NCBI GenBank assembly: GCA_965242555.1
Contig: CBDESO010000008.1
Coordinates: 227,577-291,576 of the forward strand
Source: Dehalococcoidia bacterium
GTDB taxonomy: Bacteria; Chloroflexota; Dehalococcoidia; Lucifugimonadales; JADFKI01
DNA length: 64,000 bases
Direction: 5' to 3'
The translations under genes were made by a program, and so were the position numbers. Below are positions 36,411 to 45,606 of this stretch, piece by piece (the stretch's first letter is position 1; each line of letters opens with the position of its first letter). The notes below the pieces were generated by a model that saw nothing but the letters and a program-made list of their open reading frames with translations, was not told the origin of the DNA and made no database searches.

Positions 36411-37436
36411 ATGAGGTATCCCTGGGCGAACACGATACTCCTCGCGCTGATAGCCGTTGAGCTTGTCAGCGGGTTCTTCGGCTTGGTGTCCAACTCTCCC
36501 GACGAGGCGGCGTTCATCCTGGCGCACAGGATAGCCGGCTGGGGCATCATCGCCGTCCTGCTGTGGAAGGCGCGCAACATAGCCGCATCTCTGCGCTGGG
36601 CGAGGCGTCCCGCTCCTCGCGCGGCGTCCCTGGTCCTGGCGGCGGCGCTCGCGCTGACACTCGCGCTTGGGTTCGCGTGGTCATTCGTCGGCCCAATGTC
36701 TTTTTGGCTATTCAGTGGCGTCAGCTGGCACATCTACATCGGCGGCGCGCTTGTGCCGATCCTCATATGGCACGCGCTATACCACACGCGCGGCTTTCCC
36801 GCGAAGTTCTGGGTGGATAGGCGCTCGTTCCTGCGCTTGGCGGGCTTGGCGATAGCCGCCGCCGCGCTCTGGCGCATAGGCGAAACCGCCGCCGCGATAG
36901 GCGGGCTCAGCGGCGCGACCCGCCGTTTCACCGGCTCATACGACGCGGGCAGCTACTCCGGCAACGCATTCCCCCTCACATCTTGGCTCAACGACAACCC
37001 CGCGCCAATCAGCGCCGGCGACTGGCGGCTAACCATCCGCGGCGCGGTGGCAAACTCCGCCATCCTACGCTACGATGACATAGCGGCGGACGCCGAACTA
37101 ACCGCAACCCTGGACTGCACCGGCGGCTGGCACTCCACGCAGATATGGCGCGGCGCATCGCTCGCCCGCCTGCTCAGCGCGGCGCAACCCACCGCCGACG
37201 CCGCCAGCGTAACCGTGCGCTCAGTCACCGGCTACTACCGCCGCTTTTCCCTCGCGGAGGCGGAAGGCTACATCATCGCCACGCGCGTAGGCGGCGAGCC
37301 GCTATCGCACGGACACGGCTTTCCCGCGCGCCTGGTAGCCCCCGACAAGCGCGGCTTTGAATGGGTAAAATGGATTGACGCGATAGAAGTCAACCAAACC
37401 GGCAAATGGCTGCAGCCGCCCCTGCCCCTCCAATAA
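36411..37436 (+). CDS. Membrane-anchored molybdopterin-dependent oxidoreductase (sulfite-oxidase/YedY fold)
   Basis: N-terminal TM helices. C-terminus LDCTGGWHSTQIWRGASL...GGEPLSHGHGFPARLVAPDKRGFEWVKWI. Start chosen as the ATG at 36411. Confidence 0.75.
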   Translation: MRYPWANTILLALIAVELVSGFFGLVSNSPDEAAFILAHRIAGWGIIAVLLWKARNIAASLRWARRPAPRAASLVLAAALALTLALGFAWSFVGPMSFWLFSGVSWHIYIGGALVPILIWHALYHTRGFPAKFWVDRRSFLRLAGLAIAAAALWRIGETAAAIGGLSGATRRFTGSYDAGSYSGNAFPLTSWLNDNPAPISAGDWRLTIRGAVANSAILRYDDIAADAELTATLDCTGGWHSTQIWRGASLARLLSAAQPTADAASVTVRSVTGYYRRFSLAEAEGYIIATRVGGEPLSHGHGFPARLVAPDKRGFEWVKWIDAIEVNQTGKWLQPPLPLQ

Positions 37437-37505
37437 CCCGCGCCAAAAACGCCCCAAAACTACCACCGCAACCAACACTTACTTAAACCGGCTGGTGAAC
37501 AAACT

Positions 37506-37685
37506 ATGGCAACCGAAGAGCAGATACAAAAAGTAATGAACCGCTTGGCAGACCTCCCCGGCTGCCCCGAATGTGGCGTCCGCGTCCGTTTCGGCGACCT
37601 AGAATGCCCCCGCTGCGGCGCGGACATCTACGACGACCTCTGCGCCTGGGCGGAGCGGTTGGTGGACGATGTCTGCGAAGAATAG
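37506..37685 (+). CDS. Small zinc-ribbon protein, 59 aa (below the ORF-track cutoff)
   Basis: Own translation: MATEEQIQKVMNRLADLPGCPECGVRVRFGDLECPRCGADIYDDLCAWAERLVDDVCEE. Two CPxCG knuckles and GC-rich third positions. The antisense track ORF 37504..37743 is Arg-rich junk. Confidence 0.45.
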   Translation: MATEEQIQKVMNRLADLPGCPECGVRVRFGDLECPRCGADIYDDLCAWAERLVDDVCEE

Positions 37686-37772
37686 CCGTGCCGCCCGCGC
37701 TACCTATGGCGCATCTGCTTTCGGTGGACCGATAACGGCGCAACCGACCTTGAAATCACCGACTACCACTGA
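37686..37772 (+). pseudogene. 3' remnant of a higB toxin gene (last ~22 codons recognisable)
   Basis: Own translation: PCRPRYLWRICFRWTDNGATDLEITDYH*. This matches the C-terminus of the intact HigB at 8722-9000 (QWRICFRWGDDGPYDVEIVDYH). No start codon and no N-terminal two-thirds. Confidence 0.6.
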
Positions 37773-37788
37773 CATTGTGAGGCGAACA

Positions 37789-38076
37789 ATGGACATTGCA
37801 ACCCCAATTCACCCCGGCGAACACCTCGCCGAAATCCTAAGCGAACTCAACGTCAGCCAATACCGCCTTGCCAAAACCATAGGCGTGTCGCCGCGGCGCA
37901 TCAACGAAATCGTGCAAGGAAAACGCGCTATCACGGCAGACACCGCGTTGCGAATCGGCAAAGCGCTGGGGATGACGGCGGAGTCGTGGCTAAATCTGCA
38001 ACGGATATACGACCTGGATATAGCGCGGCAATCCACCGACACCGACGAAATCCAGCCGCTAGTCAGTCCTGACTAG
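37789..38076 (+). CDS. higA: HigA-family antitoxin (XRE HTH)
   Basis: PIHPGEHLAEILSELNVSQYRLAKTIGVSPRRINEIVQGKRAITADTALRIGKALGMTAESWLNLQRIYD. Start trimmed to the ATG at 37789. Confidence 0.85.
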   Translation: MDIATPIHPGEHLAEILSELNVSQYRLAKTIGVSPRRINEIVQGKRAITADTALRIGKALGMTAESWLNLQRIYDLDIARQSTDTDEIQPLVSPD

Positions 38077-38126
38077 GCACGAAACCACGCTGTCAGTCCC
38101 GTCAATCGCATCCCCATCCCAATCCC

Positions 38127-39017
38127 CTACGGCGACACCCCCACCGCGCTCAGCAACCTCCGCGTGGATACGATGTGCTTGTTCAGCCGCATCGCGGCGG
38201 GGTCTATGCCCAGCGCCAGCCCTATCATTTGCGGCAAGTGCAGGATGGGCAAGTCTATCGGCTGCCGCGCCTGCTTTGCCGCCTGCGGCTGGTAGCCGTC
38301 CAGGTTGAGATGGCACAGCGGGCACGGCGTCACCATTGCGTCCGCGCCCCTGCCTTTGGCGTCAAGCGTGTGGTTGGACACCATTTTCATAGAGTTGGGC
38401 TGGTTGATGGTCAGGATGGGAAAGCCGCAGCACAGCGTCTTGCCGGGAAAATCCACCACCGTGGCGCCCAGCGCCTCTATCACCTGCTCCAAGGCGTCCT
38501 CGCGCTCAGGATTTTCGTCAAAGCCCAGCGCCGATGACGGGCGCACAAGATAGCAACCGTAGAACGGCGCAGCCCTAAACCCTGTCAGCGGGCGCGTTAC
38601 CTGCGCTCTGAGCTTGTCTATGCCCACTTCCTCTACGATTATCCAGAGCAGATGCTTGGGATCCGCCGTCCCCTTGTACTCCAAGCCCTCTTCGGCGAGG
38701 TCGGCGTTGATTTCGGCGAGATAATCCGCGTCGGCGGTGAGCCGCGCGTTTGCCTGCGACATAACGCCCTGGCAGGTGCTGCATATCGTCAGCAGCGGCA
38801 GCCCGGAGCGCTCCGCCAGCGCGAAGTTGCGCGCGTTCAGCGTATCGCCCAGCCGCCGGTTCTTTTCTTGCAGCACGCCCGCGCCCGTGCAGGACGCGCT
38901 CCGCATCGGCTCGGCGTCAAGCTCAATGCCAAGCTTGCGGCACACCTCTATCGTGGAATTGTAAAGTTCGGGCGCGGCGCCCTGCGCTACGCAACCGGGG
39001 TAAAAGGCGTATTTCAT
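38127..39017 (-). CDS. Succinate dehydrogenase third subunit of the HdrB-like (CCG-domain, SdhE/SdhC type-E) kind
   Basis: MKYAFYPGCVAQGAAPELY...CTGAG plus a second CCG repeat APFYGCY...CCGFP. Overlaps sdhB. Confidence 0.8.
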   Translation of the reverse strand: MKYAFYPGCVAQGAAPELYNSTIEVCRKLGIELDAEPMRSASCTGAGVLQEKNRRLGDTLNARNFALAERSGLPLLTICSTCQGVMSQANARLTADADYLAEINADLAEEGLEYKGTADPKHLLWIIVEEVGIDKLRAQVTRPLTGFRAAPFYGCYLVRPSSALGFDENPEREDALEQVIEALGATVVDFPGKTLCCGFPILTINQPNSMKMVSNHTLDAKGRGADAMVTPCPLCHLNLDGYQPQAAKQARQPIDLPILHLPQMIGLALGIDPAAMRLNKHIVSTRRLLSAVGVSP

Positions 39018-39982
39018 CGCTTATCTTCAACCTTCTGGAATATGCGCCGCACATTTTCGGCTCCGGGGCGCGCTTTGTGAATCAGAGGCGGCACTTTGCC
39101 AACCCTAAACGACCGCGCCGCCACCGGAATGAGTTTTATCAGCTCAGGGAAGTTCGTCTTGCCGTAGGTGTTCACCACCAGACTGGTTTCGTCAAGCCAG
39201 CCGCTATGCTCAACCGACTTGGCAAACGCCTCCGCGTGGCGCGCGCCGTATGAATTCGTGTAGCCAACCTCGATTGCCTTGTCCCGCAGCGCCATTATCC
39301 GATCCATTGGCGCAACGCCCTTGGGACAAACCTCAACGCACTGCATACAACGGGTGCAATCCCACATCCCGCCGTATTCGTTTAGGCTGCCCAGCCGAGA
39401 GTCGTCGGCGTCATCGCGCGGGTCTGCCACAAACCGATACGCTTTCGCAAGCGCCGCTGGCCCCATGAAGTTCTTATCTACTTCCAAGGATGTGCAGTCC
39501 GAAACGCACGCGCCGCACATTATACAGCTCATCACGCCCGCCAGATGCACCATATCCTCGTTGGGCGCGATGTACTCACCCTCAGGCTCCGGCCCCTCAT
39601 GCTGCATCCAAGGCTGAACGGCCCGAACCTTGTCCCAGTGGATTGCCATATCGGTCACAAGATCCTTGACCACCGGCATATTGCCCATCGGCTCAACCAC
39701 GATTGGCTTATCGCCGCGCATCGCGTCCACCACCTTAGTGTTGCAGGCAAGCCCCGCCTGCCCGTTGATACGCATCCCGCACGAGCCGCATATCGCGCTG
39801 CGGCAGGAGCATCTCAATGTCAGGCTGCCGTCCACCTCTTCCCGAATTCGTATCAGCCCGTCCAGAACCGTGGACGAGTTGTCCATTTCCAGGGTGTATT
39901 CCTGAAAATAGGCGTCCCGCCCATCCTCTTCCGGGTTGAAACGCTTGACGCTGAAAGTTACTTCCATCTGATCCATCCCCAA
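39014..39982 (-). CDS. sdhB: Succinate dehydrogenase / fumarate reductase iron-sulfur subunit
   Basis: CSCRSAICGSCGMRINGQ (2Fe-2S), CIMCGACVSDC and CTRCMQCVEVCPK cluster motifs. Confidence 0.9.
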   Translation of the reverse strand: MGMDQMEVTFSVKRFNPEEDGRDAYFQEYTLEMDNSSTVLDGLIRIREEVDGSLTLRCSCRSAICGSCGMRINGQAGLACNTKVVDAMRGDKPIVVEPMGNMPVVKDLVTDMAIHWDKVRAVQPWMQHEGPEPEGEYIAPNEDMVHLAGVMSCIMCGACVSDCTSLEVDKNFMGPAALAKAYRFVADPRDDADDSRLGSLNEYGGMWDCTRCMQCVEVCPKGVAPMDRIMALRDKAIEVGYTNSYGARHAEAFAKSVEHSGWLDETSLVVNTYGKTNFPELIKLIPVAARSFRVGKVPPLIHKARPGAENVRRIFQKVEDKR

Positions 39983-40024
39983 TCGTTTGGATGAACTCCG
40001 AATTTACTGGCAACCGCCCGCGCG

Positions 40025-41704
40025 CTAGTAGCTGCGAACCTGCGGTTCCCAGTCGGTTATCACAACGGGCATATAGTCAACCTGAGGCCCGTCCTCAGTG
40101 TGCTTGACAAGAATATGGCGCAGCCAGTTCTCGTCGTCCCTATCCGGCGCGTCCGTCCTTGTGTGCGCCCCCCTGCTCTCTTTGCGCTCTATCGCCGACA
40201 GCGCGACCGCCTCCGCGCAGTCCAGCATAAAGCCGAGTTCAAGCGTGAACAGCAGGTTCGTGTTGAATGTCTTGCCCTTGTCAGGCACCGCCACGCTGTT
40301 GTATCGCTCGCGCAGCCCGCGCAAGTCATGCAGCGCCGCCTCCATCCCGCTCTGCTCGCGGAACACCGCCAGGTGTTGGTTCATCGCATCGCCCATTTCG
40401 CGGCGGATCTTGCCGAACATTTCGCCATCGCTGTCGTTGTCTAGCAAGCGTTGGATATATTGTCGGTCGTCGTCCGCGGACGCCTCGCCAACGCTTGCGC
40501 TACGCCCCTTGCCCTTGGCCGCTTGCGCCGCATGCTCGCCCGACCGCCTGCCGAACACCAGCGTATCCAGCAGCGAGTTCGCGCCCAGCCGGTTGCCGCC
40601 ATGCACGCTGACGCACGCCGCCTCGCCCGCCGCGTACAAGCCCGGCACCTGCGTCTGCCCGTCAACGTCCGTCTTAATGCCGCCCATCTGGTAGTGCATT
40701 CCGGGGCGTATGGGTATCGGTTCTCTGGCAATATCCACATTGGCGAAGTCGCGGCCAATTTCGCGGATCTGACTCAGCCTTTCTTCTATCACGCGGATGC
40801 CCAGATGCCGAACGTCGAGCATAACGCACCCGTCTATGCCCCTGCCCTCATTGATCTCGGTCTGCTCCGCGCGCGATACCACATCGCGGGAGGCGAGTTC
40901 CATCATATTCGGCGCGTATCGTTTCATAAACCGCTCGCCGTCCGCGTTGAGCAGATACGCGCCCTCGCCGCGCGCGCCCTCGGTGATGAGAACGCCGCTG
41001 CCCTTGAGCGTAGTCGGGTGATACTGAACCATCTCCATATCCATCAGCGAGGCGCCCACCTTGTACGCCGCCGCCATGCCATCGCCCGTGCATATCAGCG
41101 CGTTGGTGCTGGGCTCGAACACGCGCCCAAGCCCGCCCGACGCTATGATGACCGCGTTGCAGCGAACAACATGTATTTCGCCGCTGCGAATTTCCATTAT
41201 CACCGCGCCGTTGCACTCCCCGCCCTCTACGATTAGCGACAGCAAGAACCACTCTTCATAGATGCGGACGCCCGCCTTCATCACTTGCTCATAAAGCACA
41301 TGCAGCAGCGCTTGCCCGGTGAAGTCGGATACGAAGAATGTGCGCGCCTGGCGCTGCCCGCCGAATGCGCGCGTGCCGAGGCGCCCCTCATCGTCGCGGT
41401 TGAATATGACGCCCATATGCTCCATAGAGATGACTTCGTCGCCCGCCTCGCGGCACATCACCTCAATGGCGTCCTGGTCGCCGAGATAGTCGCTGCCCTT
41501 GATGGTGTCGTAGGCGTGTTCGCGCCAGTCGTCGCCCCTATCGGTCAGCGCCGCGTTGATGCCGCCCTGAGCCGCGTTTGAGTGGCTGCGAACAGGGTGA
41601 ACTTTCGTCACCACCGCCACATCCGCGCCCGCCTCCACCGCGGCGAGCGCCGCGCGCATCCCCGCAAGTCCCGCCCCAATAATCAGGACATCATGGTCGA
41701 ACAT
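40025..41704 (-). CDS. sdhA: Succinate dehydrogenase / fumarate reductase flavoprotein subunit
   Basis: HDVLIIGAGLAGMRAA...RSHSNAAQGGINA...HYQMGGI...HGGNRLGANSL. Start trimmed to MFDHDV (41704) behind an AGAGGTG RBS. Confidence 0.95.
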   Translation of the reverse strand: MFDHDVLIIGAGLAGMRAALAAVEAGADVAVVTKVHPVRSHSNAAQGGINAALTDRGDDWREHAYDTIKGSDYLGDQDAIEVMCREAGDEVISMEHMGVIFNRDDEGRLGTRAFGGQRQARTFFVSDFTGQALLHVLYEQVMKAGVRIYEEWFLLSLIVEGGECNGAVIMEIRSGEIHVVRCNAVIIASGGLGRVFEPSTNALICTGDGMAAAYKVGASLMDMEMVQYHPTTLKGSGVLITEGARGEGAYLLNADGERFMKRYAPNMMELASRDVVSRAEQTEINEGRGIDGCVMLDVRHLGIRVIEERLSQIREIGRDFANVDIAREPIPIRPGMHYQMGGIKTDVDGQTQVPGLYAAGEAACVSVHGGNRLGANSLLDTLVFGRRSGEHAAQAAKGKGRSASVGEASADDDRQYIQRLLDNDSDGEMFGKIRREMGDAMNQHLAVFREQSGMEAALHDLRGLRERYNSVAVPDKGKTFNTNLLFTLELGFMLDCAEAVALSAIERKESRGAHTRTDAPDRDDENWLRHILVKHTEDGPQVDYMPVVITDWEPQVRSY

Positions 41705-41893
41705 AACTGACACCTCTACTCTTTCTCGCGCCGTAAAAGGTATCACATTGCGCTATGTTTAACAAGATAAACGCAGGCTTGCGAAAGCCGGTTGCGCGGC
41801 GATAGCCGATGCGCCGCAACGAAACGCGCGAATGGCGCTAAATGGCAAGCGATAACGATACGCCGCCTGAGATTAACGCCGCGCTGCACGGCG

Positions 41894-44239
41894 TCAAAAG
41901 ATAAGCGCGTCCTCTTCCTCGGCTTGCTCCGCCGTTTCGGCCTCATGCGGCGTCAGCGGCAGCTCTATGATCATCTCGGTGAACTCGCCCGGCTCGGTGG
42001 TGACGCTGATGCTGCCGCCATGCCGCCGCACGATGTCGTTGCACATCGCCAGCCCAAGCCCGGTGCCCTGGTTAGTGGGCTTGGTAGTGAAGAACGGGTT
42101 GAATATCTTGTCAACCACATCTTCGGGTATGCCGCTGCCGTTATCCTTGATGTGTATCTCAAAGTTTTCGTCATTGCGTATCGTGGACACCAGCAACGTG
42201 GGCGTGTACGCCTCGCCGCTCTCTGCCTCTTCGATATTGCGCCGCTTTTCGTCGGTGGCGTAACAGGCGTTGCTCACCATATTCAGCACAACGCGCCCCA
42301 AGTCCTGCGGGATGACCTCTACCTCGCCCATATTTTCGTCAAGGTCATTTCGCAGGTCAAGCTGGAAGTTGGCGTCAAGCGCGCGCGCGCTGTGGAACGC
42401 CAGCCGCGCGTGTTCGTCAACCAAGTTGTTTATGTTCGTGAACTGCCACTCGCCCGAATCCCTGCCCATCATCAGCATGTCGTGTACGATGCGATCCGCC
42501 CGATTGCCATGCGACCGGATGCGCTCCATATTGTCCGCGAGATCCTGCGAGATTTCGTCTATGTAAGAGCGCTGGTCTTCTTTTATGTCCTCCGCGCTCT
42601 CGTCCATTACCTCTTTCAACTCCTCCAGCAGATCCTGCGAGGACTCCGAGAAGTTCTTGACGAAATTAAGCGGGTTTCTGATTTCGTGCGCCACCCCCGC
42701 CGTGAGCTGACCGAGCGCCGCCAGTTTTTCGCGCATAACAATCTGGTCCTGCGCCAGCCGCAGATCGCCCAGCACAGACTCCAGCTCATCGTTCTTGCCC
42801 TGCAACTCCTCCGCCAGCTTTTCCACAAGGTTAAGCCGCTGCACTTCCAGGGCATGCAGCCGGAATATCTCCAGAGCGGCAGCCATATCCGCCACCTCAT
42901 CGCGCCCGCCTATCTCGACCTGCGCCTCCAGATCGCCGCCCGCCATACGGCGCATCCAATCCGACAGCATCTCGAGCCGCCTCAGCAGCACCCTGCCCAC
43001 GAACAGCCACGCGATTAACACCGCGCAGCCAATGCTAAGCGCGCTAATCGCCAAGAGCAGCGTGCGCCCGGTAAATATCGCCTGCGTGGACGCCTGCGTA
43101 ACCGCGCGCGCCTCAGCCCGCGCGTCGTTCACCAGCGTGTCCACCTCGGTTATCAACCCGACCGCTATGACGTCGTTCTGCAGCAACAAGCCCTGCTGCC
43201 GATCCTCCAAGCGAAGTTGGTGGGGAATCAGGTCAAACACGCCTTGCTCGCCTATCCCCAGTTCCAACATCCTGTTCACAAGCGGAAAGATTTGGGTAGT
43301 GGAAGTATTCTGAAAGCCCGCCGCGCCGTTCTGAGACGCCGCGCTCTGTCCGGCGTCCAGAACCGTCAGCTTGCGCCGGATGCGCTCAGCCGCCGCCTCA
43401 AACCGCTCCCGCAGCGGCTCCAGCGTAGCCGCGTCCGACGCCGTGAACGCGCTCGCTATCAGCTGCGACGCGAAAGCGATGTCCGACTGCAGCTCCGACA
43501 AATGCCGATAGCGCTCCAGCTCCCCCTCGGCGAAATGCTCGGAGCGCGGCAAGGGCGGCTGCCCCAGTTCGCGGTAGCCCGTAAGCGTATAGAAAAATTG
43601 GTCGTCCAGCGCCGGCGCCACAAGCCGGTCAAGCCGCGCGTTTATTTCGTCGAACTCGGCTTGCAGCAGCGCGCGATAATCGTTCAGCTGATACAGCTCC
43701 TGCTGGCTGCTCTTGATGGAATCTATGTTGAAGATGAGCGTGTCCGCGCCCGCGCGTATGCCGTCAAAGCGCGCGTTGGCGCTCAACGCCTGCCCCGCCT
43801 CGGGATCGCCGCCAACATCGTCATCAAAGTCCCCGCCGTCCACGCTTTGCTGCAGCGCCGCCAACTCCGCCTCAAAGGCGTTATGCGCCTCAGTGATTTC
43901 CCCCGATATGCGCTCAAAGTCATCAGGCGTAGCGGCTGCCAAACTCGGCCCCGCGCCCACCAGCGCGCCGCCGTACTGCGCCACGCCGAAAGCCGCCACC
44001 AGCTGCGGTATGCTGTCGTCGTTCACGCGGCTTTGCGCGTTGCCAACCTGGTTGAACGAAAACCACCCGACAAGACTAGCCGCAATCGTCAGCGCCACTG
44101 AGCTGCCAATGGCGATGTAGAGCTGCGTGGAGATGCGATAGCGGTTTTCAAGCAGGCGTTTCCACCAGCCTGCCACCGACTCGTAAGTCGCCTCTCCCGA
44201 CGATGTGCGATAGTCGTTTTCAAGCGGGCGTTTCCACAT
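41894..44239 (-). CDS. Sensor histidine kinase (2 TM segments, large extracytoplasmic domain, HAMP, HisKA, HATPase_c)
   Basis: HAMP RRLEMLSDWMRRMAGGDLEAQV. H-box AGVAHEIRNPLNF. G-boxes DNGSGIP and GTGLGLAM. Confidence 0.85.
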   Translation of the reverse strand: MWKRPLENDYRTSSGEATYESVAGWWKRLLENRYRISTQLYIAIGSSVALTIAASLVGWFSFNQVGNAQSRVNDDSIPQLVAAFGVAQYGGALVGAGPSLAAATPDDFERISGEITEAHNAFEAELAALQQSVDGGDFDDDVGGDPEAGQALSANARFDGIRAGADTLIFNIDSIKSSQQELYQLNDYRALLQAEFDEINARLDRLVAPALDDQFFYTLTGYRELGQPPLPRSEHFAEGELERYRHLSELQSDIAFASQLIASAFTASDAATLEPLRERFEAAAERIRRKLTVLDAGQSAASQNGAAGFQNTSTTQIFPLVNRMLELGIGEQGVFDLIPHQLRLEDRQQGLLLQNDVIAVGLITEVDTLVNDARAEARAVTQASTQAIFTGRTLLLAISALSIGCAVLIAWLFVGRVLLRRLEMLSDWMRRMAGGDLEAQVEIGGRDEVADMAAALEIFRLHALEVQRLNLVEKLAEELQGKNDELESVLGDLRLAQDQIVMREKLAALGQLTAGVAHEIRNPLNFVKNFSESSQDLLEELKEVMDESAEDIKEDQRSYIDEISQDLADNMERIRSHGNRADRIVHDMLMMGRDSGEWQFTNINNLVDEHARLAFHSARALDANFQLDLRNDLDENMGEVEVIPQDLGRVVLNMVSNACYATDEKRRNIEEAESGEAYTPTLLVSTIRNDENFEIHIKDNGSGIPEDVVDKIFNPFFTTKPTNQGTGLGLAMCNDIVRRHGGSISVTTEPGEFTEMIIELPLTPHEAETAEQAEEEDALIF

Positions 44240-44241
44240 AG

Positions 44242-45606
44242 TCAGTTCTCATTTCTTGATACCGCCTCAACCGGGCGATAGTTGCCGTCCGCCCCTATCA
44301 CCGTCAAGAATACCTCGTCGGATCCCTGGTTGTCCCCCTCGCCGTAGCGCAGCATAAAGCCGTCCACGTCAATCGCGCCCTCGCCCCGAAAGCCGTTCAG
44401 GAAACACGCGCGGTTCACATCCGGCCCGCACTTTTCCAGCGCCGCGATAGCCAGCCGCCCCGCCAAATATCCCTCAAATGAGACAAAGCCCGGCGACATG
44501 TTCGTCAGCCCTGCGTCATTGCTGTAATCCGACAGCGCGCGCAGGTATGCGCTAACCGCGGGTATGGAATCGTCGGTTGGGAACGGCACTACTTGAGTGA
44601 CATACACGCCCTCCCCTTCAGGCCCCAATTCCCTAGACAAGGCGTTGCTGCCCACAAAAGACACGGTCATAAATATGGCGTCCATTCCCGTGAATCTAGC
44701 CCAGCCTATCAGCTCCGCCACCGGCTTGTACGCGCCCACGAGTATAACCGCCTCGGGATCGCCCTGTTGCAAGTCAAGCAAGCCCCTCTTAACCGCCGTA
44801 GTGTTGCGCGGATACAGCCCAATCGCCACCGGCTCCATACCCCGCCGCTCCAGCGCCGCCAGCGCCCCCCCGTAGCCTGCCCTGCCAAATGAATCGTCCT
44901 GATACATAACCGCGATGCGCTCTATGCCCAAGTCTTCGGTGAGCCGCGCCACCATCTCTTCGGTCTCTTGATTATAAGACGCGCGCAGATTGATAATGTT
45001 GTCCCACTCAGGATCGCGCAAAAACGCCGCCCCCGTGAATGGCGCGACATACGGGATGCCCGCCGCCGCCGCGACCGGCGTGGCGGAGCGCGATGTGGGC
45101 GTCCCCACAGCGCCAATCAGCGCGAACACCGCCTCTTCTTGTATCAGTTCCATTGTGTTGGCGATGGCCGCCTCCGGCTCATACGAATCGTCCAGCGAAA
45201 CCAACTCCAGCGTCCTGCCGTGAACGCCGCCGCGCTTATTCGCCTCCGCGAATGCCGCGTCTATCCCGCGTTTCATATTCCAGCCCAAATCCTGCGCCGG
45301 CCCGCTGAACGCCGCCGACTGCCCGAACACAATGCGGTCGCAGCAGACGCCCTCCACGCACGCGCAGGCGTCAGTTTGCTGCGGCGCGGCGTCGGTCGTC
45401 GCAACGGGCGTGGGCGTCGGAGTATCGGCAGTGTTGGCGCAACCCACAAGCAGCGCCGCAAGCAACATGACCGCCGCCCAAGCCAAAGCACCGCGCGAAA
45501 CGCGCCCAACAAACGTCGCGCGCCCGTAAAACGTTGCGACAGCAGAGCGGCGGACTAGACCTGCGCTATACACGGCTCGCCCCGCCAATCTAGCCCTGCT
45601 CGCCAA
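44242..45606 (-). CDS. Periplasmic ligand-binding protein (Leu/Ile/Val-binding, Peripla_BP_6 type) lipoprotein; start uncertain
   Basis: Lipobox LLVGCANT. IVFGQSAAFSGPAQDLG...ALIGAVGTPT...FVSFEGY. A 2-nt gap separates it from the kinase gene. Confidence 0.75.
   Translation of the reverse strand: MASRARLAGRAVYSAGLVRRSAVATFYGRATFVGRVSRGALAWAAVMLLAALLVGCANTADTPTPTPVATTDAAPQQTDACACVEGVCCDRIVFGQSAAFSGPAQDLGWNMKRGIDAAFAEANKRGGVHGRTLELVSLDDSYEPEAAIANTMELIQEEAVFALIGAVGTPTSRSATPVAAAAGIPYVAPFTGAAFLRDPEWDNIINLRASYNQETEEMVARLTEDLGIERIAVMYQDDSFGRAGYGGALAALERRGMEPVAIGLYPRNTTAVKRGLLDLQQGDPEAVILVGAYKPVAELIGWARFTGMDAIFMTVSFVGSNALSRELGPEGEGVYVTQVVPFPTDDSIPAVSAYLRALSDYSNDAGLTNMSPGFVSFEGYLAGRLAIAALEKCGPDVNRACFLNGFRGEGAIDVDGFMLRYGEGDNQGSDEVFLTVIGADGNYRPVEAVSRNEN

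Noticed and set aside
37504-37743. 79-aa minus-strand ORF
   Set aside because: Its sequence is Arg-rich (RRRGRRRCPRRSGG). The plus strand carries a zinc-ribbon ORF with good GC3 bias plus a recognisable higB remnant.
41792-44120. Plus-strand ORFs 41792..43018, 43217..44101 and others
   Set aside because: They are antisense to the histidine kinase gene, which has unambiguous H-box and G-box motifs.
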